Positions 51,147-60,399 of a stretch of DNA of 64,000 bases are shown here, piece by piece. The notes beneath the pieces were generated by a model. The model saw nothing but the letters and a program-made list of their open reading frames with translations. It did not search any database and was not told the origin of the DNA. This stretch comes from Methylobacter sp. (GTDB lineage: Bacteria > Pseudomonadota > Gammaproteobacteria > Methylococcales > Methylomonadaceae). The stretch is from NCBI GenBank assembly GCA_030653985.1, contig JAURYJ010000086.1, positions 16,725-80,724 on the forward strand, read 5' to 3'. The first letter of the stretch is position 1, and every line of letters starts with the position of its first letter. The position numbers were made by a program, and so were the translations under genes.

Positions 51147-51911
51147 ATGATGAAATTACAGCCTGAGGCTATGGCGACGAAAAACATCCATATTGCCGTC
51201 GTCGAAGACGACCTGCGCTTATGTAACGATCTTGTTGAATTTCTCAATCTGCGCAACTTTTCAGCTCAAGGTTTTACCTCTGCTGCCAAGCTTTATCAGG
51301 CGCTCTTAGACACTGACTTCGATTTATTTTTATTGGATATTACCCTACCGGACGAGAGCGGCATTGAAGTGATGACTTGGCTGCGTACCCGCGGTCAAGC
51401 CGGTATTATCATCATAACGGCATTAACCGATAACGACACCCAGCTGACTTGCCTGAATGCAGGCGCAGATGCTTATTTAACCAAGAACGCTACCTTGGAA
51501 ATTATTGAAGCAACCTGCCACGGCGTGCTGCGCCGGATAAAACCCAATTTAGAACTCATGCCGATTGCCGAACCTATTCGACTATCGGAAGTAAAATCGC
51601 AAGCCTGGGGGCTGCACAAGAGCATCTGGCAACTGGAAACACCTAACGGTTATCAACTGTCGGTTAACCAAACTGAAATGAGCCTTCTTGAAACATTATT
51701 TCAATTTACCAGTATGCCGGTTAGCCGTGCCGACTTATTAGTGCGCATGGGCAAGCCTGATACGCTGTCGAACCTGCGTAATTTGGATAACTGCATCAGC
51801 CGCCTACGCAAAAAGATTTTGCACTTATCTGCTTTAGAAATTCCGATTCGTACCCATTACGCGGTTGGCTATCTCTTTGCAGGCAATAGCCGCATCATCG
51901 ATCATCAATAG
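51147..51911 (+). CDS. OmpR-family response regulator
   Basis: VVEDD, LLDITLP, GADAYLTK receiver; winged-helix ISRLRKK..IRT..AVGY. Confidence 0.92.
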   Translation: MMKLQPEAMATKNIHIAVVEDDLRLCNDLVEFLNLRNFSAQGFTSAAKLYQALLDTDFDLFLLDITLPDESGIEVMTWLRTRGQAGIIIITALTDNDTQLTCLNAGADAYLTKNATLEIIEATCHGVLRRIKPNLELMPIAEPIRLSEVKSQAWGLHKSIWQLETPNGYQLSVNQTEMSLLETLFQFTSMPVSRADLLVRMGKPDTLSNLRNLDNCISRLRKKILHLSALEIPIRTHYAVGYLFAGNSRIIDHQ

Positions 51912-51913
51912 TC

Positions 51914-53818
51914 ATGCTGAAAAAATGGGTAGCGGTTTTGCTGTTGTCGATGCTGATGACCGCCGCCTATGCACAGCAAAATCCTCCTTTGCCGGTCAAT
52001 ATGAATGCGCAGCATTTGTCACTGGCCGGACATCTACACTTTTATAACGATAAAAGTACGACGGCAACCTTTGAGCAAGCCAGACTAGCCGACTATCAAG
52101 CGGTAGATGGGTTTCCTGGAGGCATTTATTCCCCTGATGCGCACTGGTATTATTTTACCTTAGTCGGAACCGGGGATACGCCAAGCGATTGGATACTGGC
52201 GCTGGGCGCGCCTTTTTTGGATGACGTACAAGTCTGGCTGGAACAAGCTGACGGGCATTTTGAGCACTATCAATTAGGCGATCATACGCCTTTGTTGCAG
52301 CGTCCCTTGCCCTCGCGCCTCAATGCACTGCCCGTTGTCTTAACCGATGACCGACCGGTACAAGTCTATGTGCGCATACACTCCATCAGCTCTCTGGTTT
52401 TCAACGCCGCTCTATGGCAACGCGATGCTTTTTGGGTCAATCAGGCTCAGTTTAATTTCTTTCATGGCCTGTATTTTGGCGTGCTGATCATTGTTATTTT
52501 TATTCATGTCTGTTTCGGTCTTTGGCTGAGGCAAACCGCTATGTTGGCTTATGCCGGCTATATCGCCGCATTACTGGCTCTGTATCTCGGGATAAACGGT
52601 TATGGCGCGATCTTAGTGACGCCAAAAGCCATCTGGATAAATGATGCCATAACCGGCATTGGCACCATTGGCTCCGTATGTTCGACTATATTCATGTGGG
52701 ATCAACTGCTGCGGCTAAAACAGCATTTCCCTCGGATTCATCAATTTTACCTGGCTAGCAGCCTACTCACAGCAAGTGCCTTACTCTGGGTGACAACCCC
52801 GTTTTACCAAATATTAGCGCTAGCTTTATCTAAACTCGGCTTAGCGGTCAGTTTTTTGAGTTTAAGCCTGCTGATAGTGCTGTGGTTGAAAGACAAACAA
52901 ACGGAATTATTGTTTTATTTACTGGTTTTTGTCATTATTATCCTTGGCGCTATCGCACAAGTTTCAATCACTATCGGCTGGTTGCCGCAAAACCTTGTTA
53001 CCAGCAATATTTACCAGCTAACCTCACTCATTCATATCGTAATAATGAGCCTGGGACTGAGTTGGCGGATATATCAACTGAAACAGCAAAAAAACGTCGC
53101 TGAGCATCAGTCGGTCATCCTTAAACAACGCTCCATCGAGCAACGGCGCTTTGTGGCGATGCTTTCTCATGAATTTTCTACCCCCTTGGCCGCAATAGAC
53201 CGCACCGCCAATCTGCTGCAGGTGAAATATTCGTCATTATCGCAACAAGAAGCCGCGAGATTGGCCGATATCCGAGCTTCAGTGACCCATTTAACCTCGT
53301 TTGTGAATAGTTTCTTATTGTCGGAAGCGTTAGATCATAAGGCTCTAACGCCAAATCGCGAATTCTGCCCGGTAACACCATTTATGCTGGAGATCATCAC
53401 CAGTCTGGGCGACGAAGCCAAAGCGCGGGTGGAGTTAACAGTAACACCGCCTGCGGGTGCATTTGAATTGGACAAAAAGCTTATCACTATCGCCATCTGC
53501 AACCTTGTTGCCAACGCACTGAAGTACTCTACTAAAGGAACAAAAGTCGGTCTTGCGGTTGCCATCACCGCCGATACACTTGACTTGCGCGTTAGCAATC
53601 AAACTACAGCGCTGAGCGAAGCAGAACTGGCTCTTCTGGGAACCCCTTATTTTAGGGCTAGCACCTCAGTTGAAACAAAAGGCGTAGGGCTTGGTTTTCA
53701 TTTTTCTCGAGAAATCATAAGGGCGCATGGCGGCACCTTAACGCCTTTTAACTGTCTAAACGGCGAATTTACCGTCCAAGTATTACTACCGAAACTTGAA
53801 TCGAATACGGAAAGCTAG
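51914..53818 (+). CDS. Sensor histidine kinase with 7TMR-DISM sensing domains
   Basis: Signal peptide, periplasmic beta domain, 7 TM helices, SHEFSTPL H-box, NLVANALKY, GVGLG. Confidence 0.9.
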   Translation: MLKKWVAVLLLSMLMTAAYAQQNPPLPVNMNAQHLSLAGHLHFYNDKSTTATFEQARLADYQAVDGFPGGIYSPDAHWYYFTLVGTGDTPSDWILALGAPFLDDVQVWLEQADGHFEHYQLGDHTPLLQRPLPSRLNALPVVLTDDRPVQVYVRIHSISSLVFNAALWQRDAFWVNQAQFNFFHGLYFGVLIIVIFIHVCFGLWLRQTAMLAYAGYIAALLALYLGINGYGAILVTPKAIWINDAITGIGTIGSVCSTIFMWDQLLRLKQHFPRIHQFYLASSLLTASALLWVTTPFYQILALALSKLGLAVSFLSLSLLIVLWLKDKQTELLFYLLVFVIIILGAIAQVSITIGWLPQNLVTSNIYQLTSLIHIVIMSLGLSWRIYQLKQQKNVAEHQSVILKQRSIEQRRFVAMLSHEFSTPLAAIDRTANLLQVKYSSLSQQEAARLADIRASVTHLTSFVNSFLLSEALDHKALTPNREFCPVTPFMLEIITSLGDEAKARVELTVTPPAGAFELDKKLITIAICNLVANALKYSTKGTKVGLAVAITADTLDLRVSNQTTALSEAELALLGTPYFRASTSVETKGVGLGFHFSREIIRAHGGTLTPFNCLNGEFTVQVLLPKLESNTES

Positions 53819-53829
53819 CATTCAATCAA

Positions 53830-54414
53830 TCAATCCTGCCACAACAACTTATAAATCCCCACGAAAATAACTACCAACACTACTGTCACCCAGCCCAGTC
53901 TATCCATATATTGACGTAATTTTGCTTCGAGTTTTTCGCCGCCTGCAGCAAGCAACATGGCCACCAGAAAAAACCGTGCGCCCCGGCCTATCATTGAAGC
54001 CAACACAAACGGCACAAACGCCATACTCAATGTACCGGCGGCAATGGTGAAAACCTTATAAGGAATCGGTGAAAAACCGGCCACAAACACCGCCCAAAAA
54101 CCCCACTGTTCAAACCAGCTTTTTGCTATTAAGTAATTTCCCCAAAAATGGGTGGTCTGTAGCCACGGCGCAATGCTGTCAAACATAAAAAAGCCGATCA
54201 AATAACCCAGCATCCCGCCCAAGACTGAGGCCACCGTGGTCAATAGCGCAAAGCGCATGGCTTTATCGGGCTGGGACAAGGCCATCGGCGCCAGCATCAC
54301 ATCCGGCGGTATCGGAAAAAATGAGGATTCGGCAAAACTTAGCGCACACAAATATTTAGCCGCATGCCGGTGTTTAGACCACTGCAAGGCTTTGTCATAC
54401 AACTTTTGAAACAT
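53830..54414 (-). CDS. yqaA: YqaA/DedA family membrane protein
   Basis: SFAESSFFPIPPD, GFSPIPYK; surE-pcm-yqaA synteny. Confidence 0.9.
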   Translation of the reverse strand: MFQKLYDKALQWSKHRHAAKYLCALSFAESSFFPIPPDVMLAPMALSQPDKAMRFALLTTVASVLGGMLGYLIGFFMFDSIAPWLQTTHFWGNYLIAKSWFEQWGFWAVFVAGFSPIPYKVFTIAAGTLSMAFVPFVLASMIGRGARFFLVAMLLAAGGEKLEAKLRQYMDRLGWVTVVLVVIFVGIYKLLWQD

Positions 54415-54416
54415 GT

Positions 54417-55079
54417 TTATTTCCTTCCTGATAAAAAAGGCACAAAAACAACCGGCTCAAGCTTTTCAACGTCATAGCCGCTTTCTGTACGCGTGACTCT
54501 CTGTAATTGTTGTTTGTCGTCCTTGCCGATCGGAATCAGCATCACGCCGCCGACGGCCATTTGTTGCAACAACATTTCCGGTATTTCAGGCGGTGCGGCC
54601 GCCACTAAAATACCATCATACGGCGCATGCTCAGGCCAACCCCAGCCGCCATCACTGTGCAAATAACTGACATTCTTGAGCTTTAAATCCCAGAGACGAT
54701 CTTTGGCTTTTTTCTGCAACGGCGCGATTCTTTCAACAGAATAGACATGATCGGCCAGCTGCGCCAAAATTGCGGTCTGATAACCGCAACCTGTGCCTAT
54801 CTCCAACACGCAGGTTAATCGGGCCGATGCCGCCAACAGCAGTTCGGTCATTTTTGCGACAATATAAGGTTGGGAAATGGTCTGGTTGTAACCAATCGGC
54901 AGGGCGGTATCTTCATAAGCCCGATGCGCCAAGGCCTCATCCATAAAAATATGCCGGGGCGTATTGCGCATCACATCCAGAATTTTATGACTGCAAATAC
55001 CCTGCTGTATTAACCGGTTGATCATCCGCTCACGGGTGCGCGCCGAGGTCATGCCTATTCCTTGCAGGCTTTGAATCAT
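54417..55079 (-). CDS. pcm: Protein-L-isoaspartate O-methyltransferase
   Basis: [23 protein letters not shown]. Confidence 0.96.
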   Translation of the reverse strand: MIQSLQGIGMTSARTRERMINRLIQQGICSHKILDVMRNTPRHIFMDEALAHRAYEDTALPIGYNQTISQPYIVAKMTELLLAASARLTCVLEIGTGCGYQTAILAQLADHVYSVERIAPLQKKAKDRLWDLKLKNVSYLHSDGGWGWPEHAPYDGILVAAAPPEIPEMLLQQMAVGGVMLIPIGKDDKQQLQRVTRTESGYDVEKLEPVVFVPFLSGRK

Positions 55080-55831
55080 ACATCACACTCCTTGGGCAGC
55101 CAGTCGTTTAAATCATTGATCCGCTCATACCGGGTCAAATCGACTTGCAACGGCGTCACCGACACGAAACCGGTATTGATGGCATAAAAATCAGTACCGG
55201 GACCGGCATCCTGTTCCGCTCCCGGCGGCCCGACCCAGTAAATAGTACGTCCACGGGGATCTTGACTCTTGATGACCGGCTCGGATTTATGCCGCTGTCC
55301 CAATCGGGTCGCCCGATAGCCTTTCAAATCCTTAATAGCGACATCCGGCACATTGACATTCAGAATGGTATCTTGCGGTAACGGCTTGTTAATCAATTGC
55401 TGCAACAACGTCACTGCGACATGCGCAGCGGTGTCAAAATGACTGGGATTACTGCCCACCAAGGAAATAGCGACAGCGGGCAAACCTAAAAAACGGCCTT
55501 CGGTTGCCGCAGCGACCGTACCGGAATACAGCACATCATCACCTAAATTGGAACCATGATTAATCCCGGCAAACACCATATCCGGCTCTTTTACCAGCAA
55601 CCCGGTTATGGCCAAATGCACGCAATCGGTAGGGGTGCCATCAACTTTAATAAAGCCATTGTCCATGGCATACGCGCGTAACGGCATTTCCAGCGTTAAA
55701 GAATTACTCGCCGCACTGCGGTTTCTATCTGGAGCCACCACCGATATTTCGGCATGCAAGCTCAATGCTTTGGCCAATGCAACCAGACCTTCGGCCAGGT
55801 AGCCGTCGTCATTACTCAATAAAATATGCAT
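55076..55831 (-). CDS. surE: 5'/3'-nucleotidase SurE
   Basis: [23 protein letters not shown]. Confidence 0.97.
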   Translation of the reverse strand: MHILLSNDDGYLAEGLVALAKALSLHAEISVVAPDRNRSAASNSLTLEMPLRAYAMDNGFIKVDGTPTDCVHLAITGLLVKEPDMVFAGINHGSNLGDDVLYSGTVAAATEGRFLGLPAVAISLVGSNPSHFDTAAHVAVTLLQQLINKPLPQDTILNVNVPDVAIKDLKGYRATRLGQRHKSEPVIKSQDPRGRTIYWVGPPGAEQDAGPGTDFYAINTGFVSVTPLQVDLTRYERINDLNDWLPKECDV

Positions 55832-55905
55832 TATCAATCGCTCTTAAGCCGATTAAGCTATAAAATCAATCATATTAGCAACAATACCCAACAAAATCAG
55901 CTTTC

Positions 55906-56457
55906 GTGGCAAAAAAAAACCTCACTTCCGAAGACAGTCATTTGTTTCGCCAATCTATCGGTAAAGTACACGCCGTGAACAGCGATAAAGTGCTGCTAAC
56001 GCAGGGCAACAAACCCAAACCCTATCCAAAAACTCAGACCGTTAACGTGGACGAGCATTTAAGCGCCAAAACTGATTTTGCTATTGAAAAAGTCGGCATT
56101 GAAGACTCACTAAGCTTTACGGCACCGGGGCTACAGCATAATGTGCTAAAAAAACTGCGCAAAGGACATTTTGGGCTGGATGCCGAAATTGACCTGCACG
56201 GACTGAATAGCAACGATGCAAAGCGACAGTTGCTGCATTTCCTGCACGGCAGCGTAGAACAAGGCTGCCGCTGCGTACACATCGTCCATGGCAAAGGCTA
56301 TCGTTCGGCCGATAACCATCCCGTACTCAAAAACAACCTCAACTTATGGCTGAGACAACACCAGGACGTTCAGGCCTTTTGTTCTACGCCGCCTAAAGAC
56401 GGCGGGACCGGAGCGGTTTTTGTATTGTTGCAATTGTCTGAAAAATATAACGACTAA
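55906..56457 (+). CDS. Smr/MutS2 domain protein
   Basis: IDLHG, IVHGKG, GGTGA. Confidence 0.92.
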   Translation: MAKKNLTSEDSHLFRQSIGKVHAVNSDKVLLTQGNKPKPYPKTQTVNVDEHLSAKTDFAIEKVGIEDSLSFTAPGLQHNVLKKLRKGHFGLDAEIDLHGLNSNDAKRQLLHFLHGSVEQGCRCVHIVHGKGYRSADNHPVLKNNLNLWLRQHQDVQAFCSTPPKDGGTGAVFVLLQLSEKYND

Positions 56458-56660
56458 TAATGCGGCGGCACTTCCTCAATGCTTTCGCCGCCGCCACTTT
56501 CGGCAGACAGACTTTTAATGCGTTCATTGAGTATGCCGCAAGTGGCTTCCAAACGGTCTATCTGCTGCTGCTGTTGCCCGACGATTTGGTTCAACGCTTG
56601 CAGCAAATCTTCCTGATAAGCCGCTTTTATTTCTAATTCGATTATTCGATCATCATTCAT
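56454..56660 (-). CDS. slyX: SlyX family protein
   Basis: ELEIKAAYQE; C-terminal PPHY. Confidence 0.9.
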   Translation of the reverse strand: MNDDRIIELEIKAAYQEDLLQALNQIVGQQQQQIDRLEATCGILNERIKSLSAESGGGESIEEVPPHY

Positions 56661-56668
56661 AAGGCGCC

Positions 56669-58051
56669 CTAAATTACTTTTGAAAACTGCTGTTGTTTTT
56701 GCGCCAGATATTTATCGAATACCATGCAGATATTGCGGATCAATAAACGGCCTGCGGATAATACGGTGACACCTTGCGCCGATAGGCTCAACAAGCCGTC
56801 GGCTTGCATCGGAGCCAAAGCTTGGAGTTCCCGCGCAAAATAATCGGCGAAGTTAATCGCAAATTGCTGTTCAATGACGGCAAAGCTCAAATCAAAATGG
56901 CAAATCAGTTGGGTAATCACCGCACGGCGTAGCTTGTCGTCGTCATCGAGTTCTACGCCTTTAAATACCGGCAGTTTTCCCTGATTGATCAGCCGGTCGT
57001 AGTCGTCCAGCGCTTTGACATTCTGGATATAGGCATCGCCTACCCTACCGATGGACGTAATCCCCAGGCCCACCAGGTCGCAATCCGAATGCGTAGAGTA
57101 GCCTTGAAAATTGCGATACAAATGCCCCTCGCGCTGCGCGACGGCAAGCTCGTCATCGGGTTTGGCGAAATGATCCATGCCGATATAGACATAACCGGCT
57201 TCGGTCAGCCGCTGTCCTACCATTTGCAAAATGGCCAGCTTCACCTCGGGCGTCGGTAGTTCGACATCGTTAATCTGGCGCTGGGTTTTAAAGCGTGTCG
57301 GCATGTGCGCGTAATTGAAGATCGAGAACCGATCCGGCGCTACTGCCAGAATTTTACCCAAGGTAAGAGTAAAAGACTCTACCGTTTGCAGCGGCAAGCC
57401 GTAAATCAAATCGATATTGGTCGAGCGAAAACCCTCGGCACGGGCGGCAGCTAAAACGCTGAAAGTCTGCTCTTCGCTTTGCAGGCGATTGACGGCTTTT
57501 TGTACCGCAGGATCAAAATCCTGCAAGCCTAAACTGACCCGGTTAAAGCCCAGTTCGCGCAGTTGTCTGATGGTCTGATCGTTGGTTTCTCGGGGATCGA
57601 CTTCTATCGAATATTCGCCGTTGTCGTCATCCCGTAACTGAAAATGCTCGCGAGTCACGTCCATTAAGGTTTTCATTTGCTCGTAGCTTAAAAAAGTCGG
57701 CGTGCCGCCGCCCCAGTGCAATTGATTGACGACCCGGTTGGAATCGAACAAAGCGCCCTGCAGCGCAATTTCTTTGCACAGATTTTCCAGGTACGGCTCA
57801 GCATGTTTACGATTTTTGGTGACGATTTTATTGCAGGCGCAATAAAAGCAGACGGTATCGCAAAACGGGATATGAAAATACAGCGACAGCGGCCCGCCTG
57901 CGGCGTTCGATTTGGCGATATGCGCGCGATATTCCTGGTCGCCGAAACCTTCGTGCAACTCTAAGGCGGTAGGGTAAGAGGTATAACGCGGACCGGCCTT
58001 ATCGTAACGGTTGATCAGGTCTACATCGAATTTTATCGATTGATCCATCAT
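56669..58051 (-). CDS. hemN: Oxygen-independent coproporphyrinogen III oxidase
   Basis: GPRYTSYP, CDTVCFYC radical-SAM motif, RNFQGY. Confidence 0.97.
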   Translation of the reverse strand: MMDQSIKFDVDLINRYDKAGPRYTSYPTALELHEGFGDQEYRAHIAKSNAAGGPLSLYFHIPFCDTVCFYCACNKIVTKNRKHAEPYLENLCKEIALQGALFDSNRVVNQLHWGGGTPTFLSYEQMKTLMDVTREHFQLRDDDNGEYSIEVDPRETNDQTIRQLRELGFNRVSLGLQDFDPAVQKAVNRLQSEEQTFSVLAAARAEGFRSTNIDLIYGLPLQTVESFTLTLGKILAVAPDRFSIFNYAHMPTRFKTQRQINDVELPTPEVKLAILQMVGQRLTEAGYVYIGMDHFAKPDDELAVAQREGHLYRNFQGYSTHSDCDLVGLGITSIGRVGDAYIQNVKALDDYDRLINQGKLPVFKGVELDDDDKLRRAVITQLICHFDLSFAVIEQQFAINFADYFARELQALAPMQADGLLSLSAQGVTVLSAGRLLIRNICMVFDKYLAQKQQQFSKVI

Positions 58052-59340
58052 TTTATTGAACTGTTGACGACTATTTTTTTAAGGCTTTTATCCGCTAATG
58101 TTGCCTGCTCGATAACGCCGATCAAATCACCGGACTGTTGCATCGCATCGCCGGATTTGGAAATGCGCGCCAGCAGTTTAACCTGTTCGAAGTTTGATAA
58201 CTTCATCGTTGGCATCATCGCCATCGCATCGGTTAACTCGACGGTTAGCGGCAAATCGGTAACCTGTTTACGCACGATAGCCAGCGGCATTTTTGGACCG
58301 GATAAGGCCTGAGCGTAAATAAAAACGGTGTCAGTTGGGCTCACCGATTTTTGCAATTCCGGCGCCAAACTCACCTGGATATTAATACTGACCGCATTAG
58401 CCAGTGGCGCAGGCGTTGCTTTGGCTTGCACTGGTTTTGATTCCGCCTGTGCCGCGCCTTCCGGTATTTGGGTTACCAGCTTAGCCAACAGAGCTTGTAT
58501 TTCCTGCTGGGCTTCCGATCCCGGTGGTAACAAAGCTTCAAGTTTTTTCCACAAATCCATTGCTGCGGTAAAATCGCCTGCTTGCGCCTTTGCCATGCCG
58601 CCGAGCCATAAGCCGGTCAGGTTATCCGGCTCCATCGCCAAGGCTTTAAAAACTAATTCGGCAGGTTTTCCGTCCATTTGTTCGTCGTTGGCAAAGGCTA
58701 GGGCATCGGCGTAAAGCAGCATGATCTCCGGCTGATCGCCTAGCAATTTGTAAGCATGCCCAAAGGCGTCAACCGCTTTATCATTTTGCTGCAAGTATTT
58801 ATAGGAGCGACCTAACATCGTCCAGCCCAGCGCATCATCCGGTTGTTTCTCGAGGCGCTCGGCCAATCCTGCAACCATTTTGGTCATTTGTTCCAGCTCT
58901 GGCGCTGCCGCTGTCTGTTCAACTTGGCTTAATGACTGATAGTTACCCAATGTCCAATAAAGCACGCCCGAGACTAAAGGGATTGCCAACATCAGCACCC
59001 ACGCCATCCACCGGCCTTGGGAAGCGGCTGCCTTTACATGACTTTCGACTGCCATGGATGGCGGAAGTGTCGCAATCGGTAGGGAACCGATGCGACTTAT
59101 GTCCAGATCATCGCTTAAAGCCTGTTCAAGTTCGGCCAATTGCTCCTCATAAAGCGCCTGACTCAATGCACCGTTTTGCAGCTGCTCTTTAAGTTCAGTC
59201 AGTCGTTGCCGAGCTATGGCGATATTGCGTTGATCCTGATCCGCTGCTGCAACCGGATGTTTTCGCCACAACGGCGGCAGTACAATCAGAAAAGCAGCTA
59301 AGGTCATTACGCTGACGATCAGCAAAAATAGCATATTCAA
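58048..59340 (-). CDS. ccmI: Cytochrome c biogenesis protein CcmI/CycH
   Basis: Two TM helices, TPR repeats (GWTMLGRSY), C-terminal GPKMPLA..ARISKSG. Confidence 0.92.
   Translation of the reverse strand: MNMLFLLIVSVMTLAAFLIVLPPLWRKHPVAAADQDQRNIAIARQRLTELKEQLQNGALSQALYEEQLAELEQALSDDLDISRIGSLPIATLPPSMAVESHVKAAASQGRWMAWVLMLAIPLVSGVLYWTLGNYQSLSQVEQTAAAPELEQMTKMVAGLAERLEKQPDDALGWTMLGRSYKYLQQNDKAVDAFGHAYKLLGDQPEIMLLYADALAFANDEQMDGKPAELVFKALAMEPDNLTGLWLGGMAKAQAGDFTAAMDLWKKLEALLPPGSEAQQEIQALLAKLVTQIPEGAAQAESKPVQAKATPAPLANAVSINIQVSLAPELQKSVSPTDTVFIYAQALSGPKMPLAIVRKQVTDLPLTVELTDAMAMMPTMKLSNFEQVKLLARISKSGDAMQQSGDLIGVIEQATLADKSLKKIVVNSSIK
59046..59096. repeat. 51-bp palindromic element inserted in frame in ccmI
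   Basis: CGACTGCCATGGATGGCGGAAGTGTCGCAATCGGTAGGGAACCGATGCGAC; 49/51 identical to the reverse complement of 60207-60257. Confidence 0.9.
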
Positions 59341-59816
59341 GAGGGGTCACCTTTTTCTAACAAGCTGCGGATTTTTGCCAATTTTTCAGCATTTTCGTTT
59401 CCATGTTCTGCGTGAGCAGGCATCGTTGCTTCAGCCTTTTTACGCCGCACAAATAAAAACACGATAACCAAACCGATCAATAAGAACGCGACCGGCCCTA
59501 GCCACAACACGCCGGTTTTAAGCTTAAACGGCGGATTGTATAACACAAAGTCACCGTATCGGTCGGTCATAAACTGGGCTATGTCCTGCTTTGATTTTCC
59601 CTGTTGCAACATTTCATACACTTGCCTGCGCAAATCTGCGGCCAGTTCTGCATTGGAGTCGGCGATGGTCTGATTTTGACAAACCAGACAGCGCAATTCC
59701 GACGTCAGGGTTTCGTAAGCTTCCTGTTGCTCCGGGTTGGCAAACTGCGGAGATACGCCAGCCGCATAAGCGCTGCCGGACAGCACCAGTAGGAGAATAA
59801 TCAATAAATACTTCAT
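59337..59816 (-). CDS. ccmH: Cytochrome c biogenesis protein CcmH
   Basis: LRCLVCQNQ, RYGDFVLY. Confidence 0.95.
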   Translation of the reverse strand: MKYLLIILLLVLSGSAYAAGVSPQFANPEQQEAYETLTSELRCLVCQNQTIADSNAELAADLRRQVYEMLQQGKSKQDIAQFMTDRYGDFVLYNPPFKLKTGVLWLGPVAFLLIGLVIVFLFVRRKKAEATMPAHAEHGNENAEKLAKIRSLLEKGDPS

Positions 59817-59817
59817 G

Positions 59818-60399
59818 TTAATTTTCAGCTTGTAACGTGGCGATTAAAGGTAAAAATACTCGCTGTACATCGTCAGTGGTAACGGGTCCGGTGTGTTTGT
59901 AGCGGACTACGCCCTGTTTATCGATGACGAAAGTTTCCGGCACGCCGTAAACGCCCCAATCGATGCCGATGCGGCCATCCTGATCCATGATGCTGACATC
60001 GTAAGGATTGCCCAATTGCGCCAGCCAGCCTAAGGCCGCCTCCGGTTCGTCCTTGTAATTCAAGCCGACGATAATAGCGGTTTTTTGTCGGGCCAATTGG
60101 TTCAGTATCGGATGCTCGGAGCGGCACGAGGCACACCACGATGCCCAGACATTAAACAGCCAGACTTGGCCTTTTAAATCGGCTGGCGATAATTTTTCTT
60201 CGGTAGGTCGCATCGGTTCCCGACCGATTGCGACACTTCCGCCATCCCTGGCAGTCGTTTGCAACTTGGGCGCTGAAAATACCGGAGCCGGTTTGCCTAT
60301 TAACGGCGACGGAATCTCACTGGGATTAAGGTTCAGTCCCAGCGCCAGAAACACCGCTAGCACGCTAAATAAGACTAAGGGGAGAATATATTTAAGCAT
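59818..60399 (-). CDS. ccmG: Thiol:disulfide interchange protein CcmG/DsbE
   Basis: WASWCASC, GVYGVPETF; start MLKYIL overlaps the ccmF stop. Confidence 0.95.
   Translation of the reverse strand: MLKYILPLVLFSVLAVFLALGLNLNPSEIPSPLIGKPAPVFSAPKLQTTARDGGSVAIGREPMRPTEEKLSPADLKGQVWLFNVWASWCASCRSEHPILNQLARQKTAIIVGLNYKDEPEAALGWLAQLGNPYDVSIMDQDGRIGIDWGVYGVPETFVIDKQGVVRYKHTGPVTTDDVQRVFLPLIATLQAEN
60207..60257. repeat. 51-bp palindromic element inserted in frame in ccmG
   Basis: Inverted near-identical copy of 59046-59096. Confidence 0.9.
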
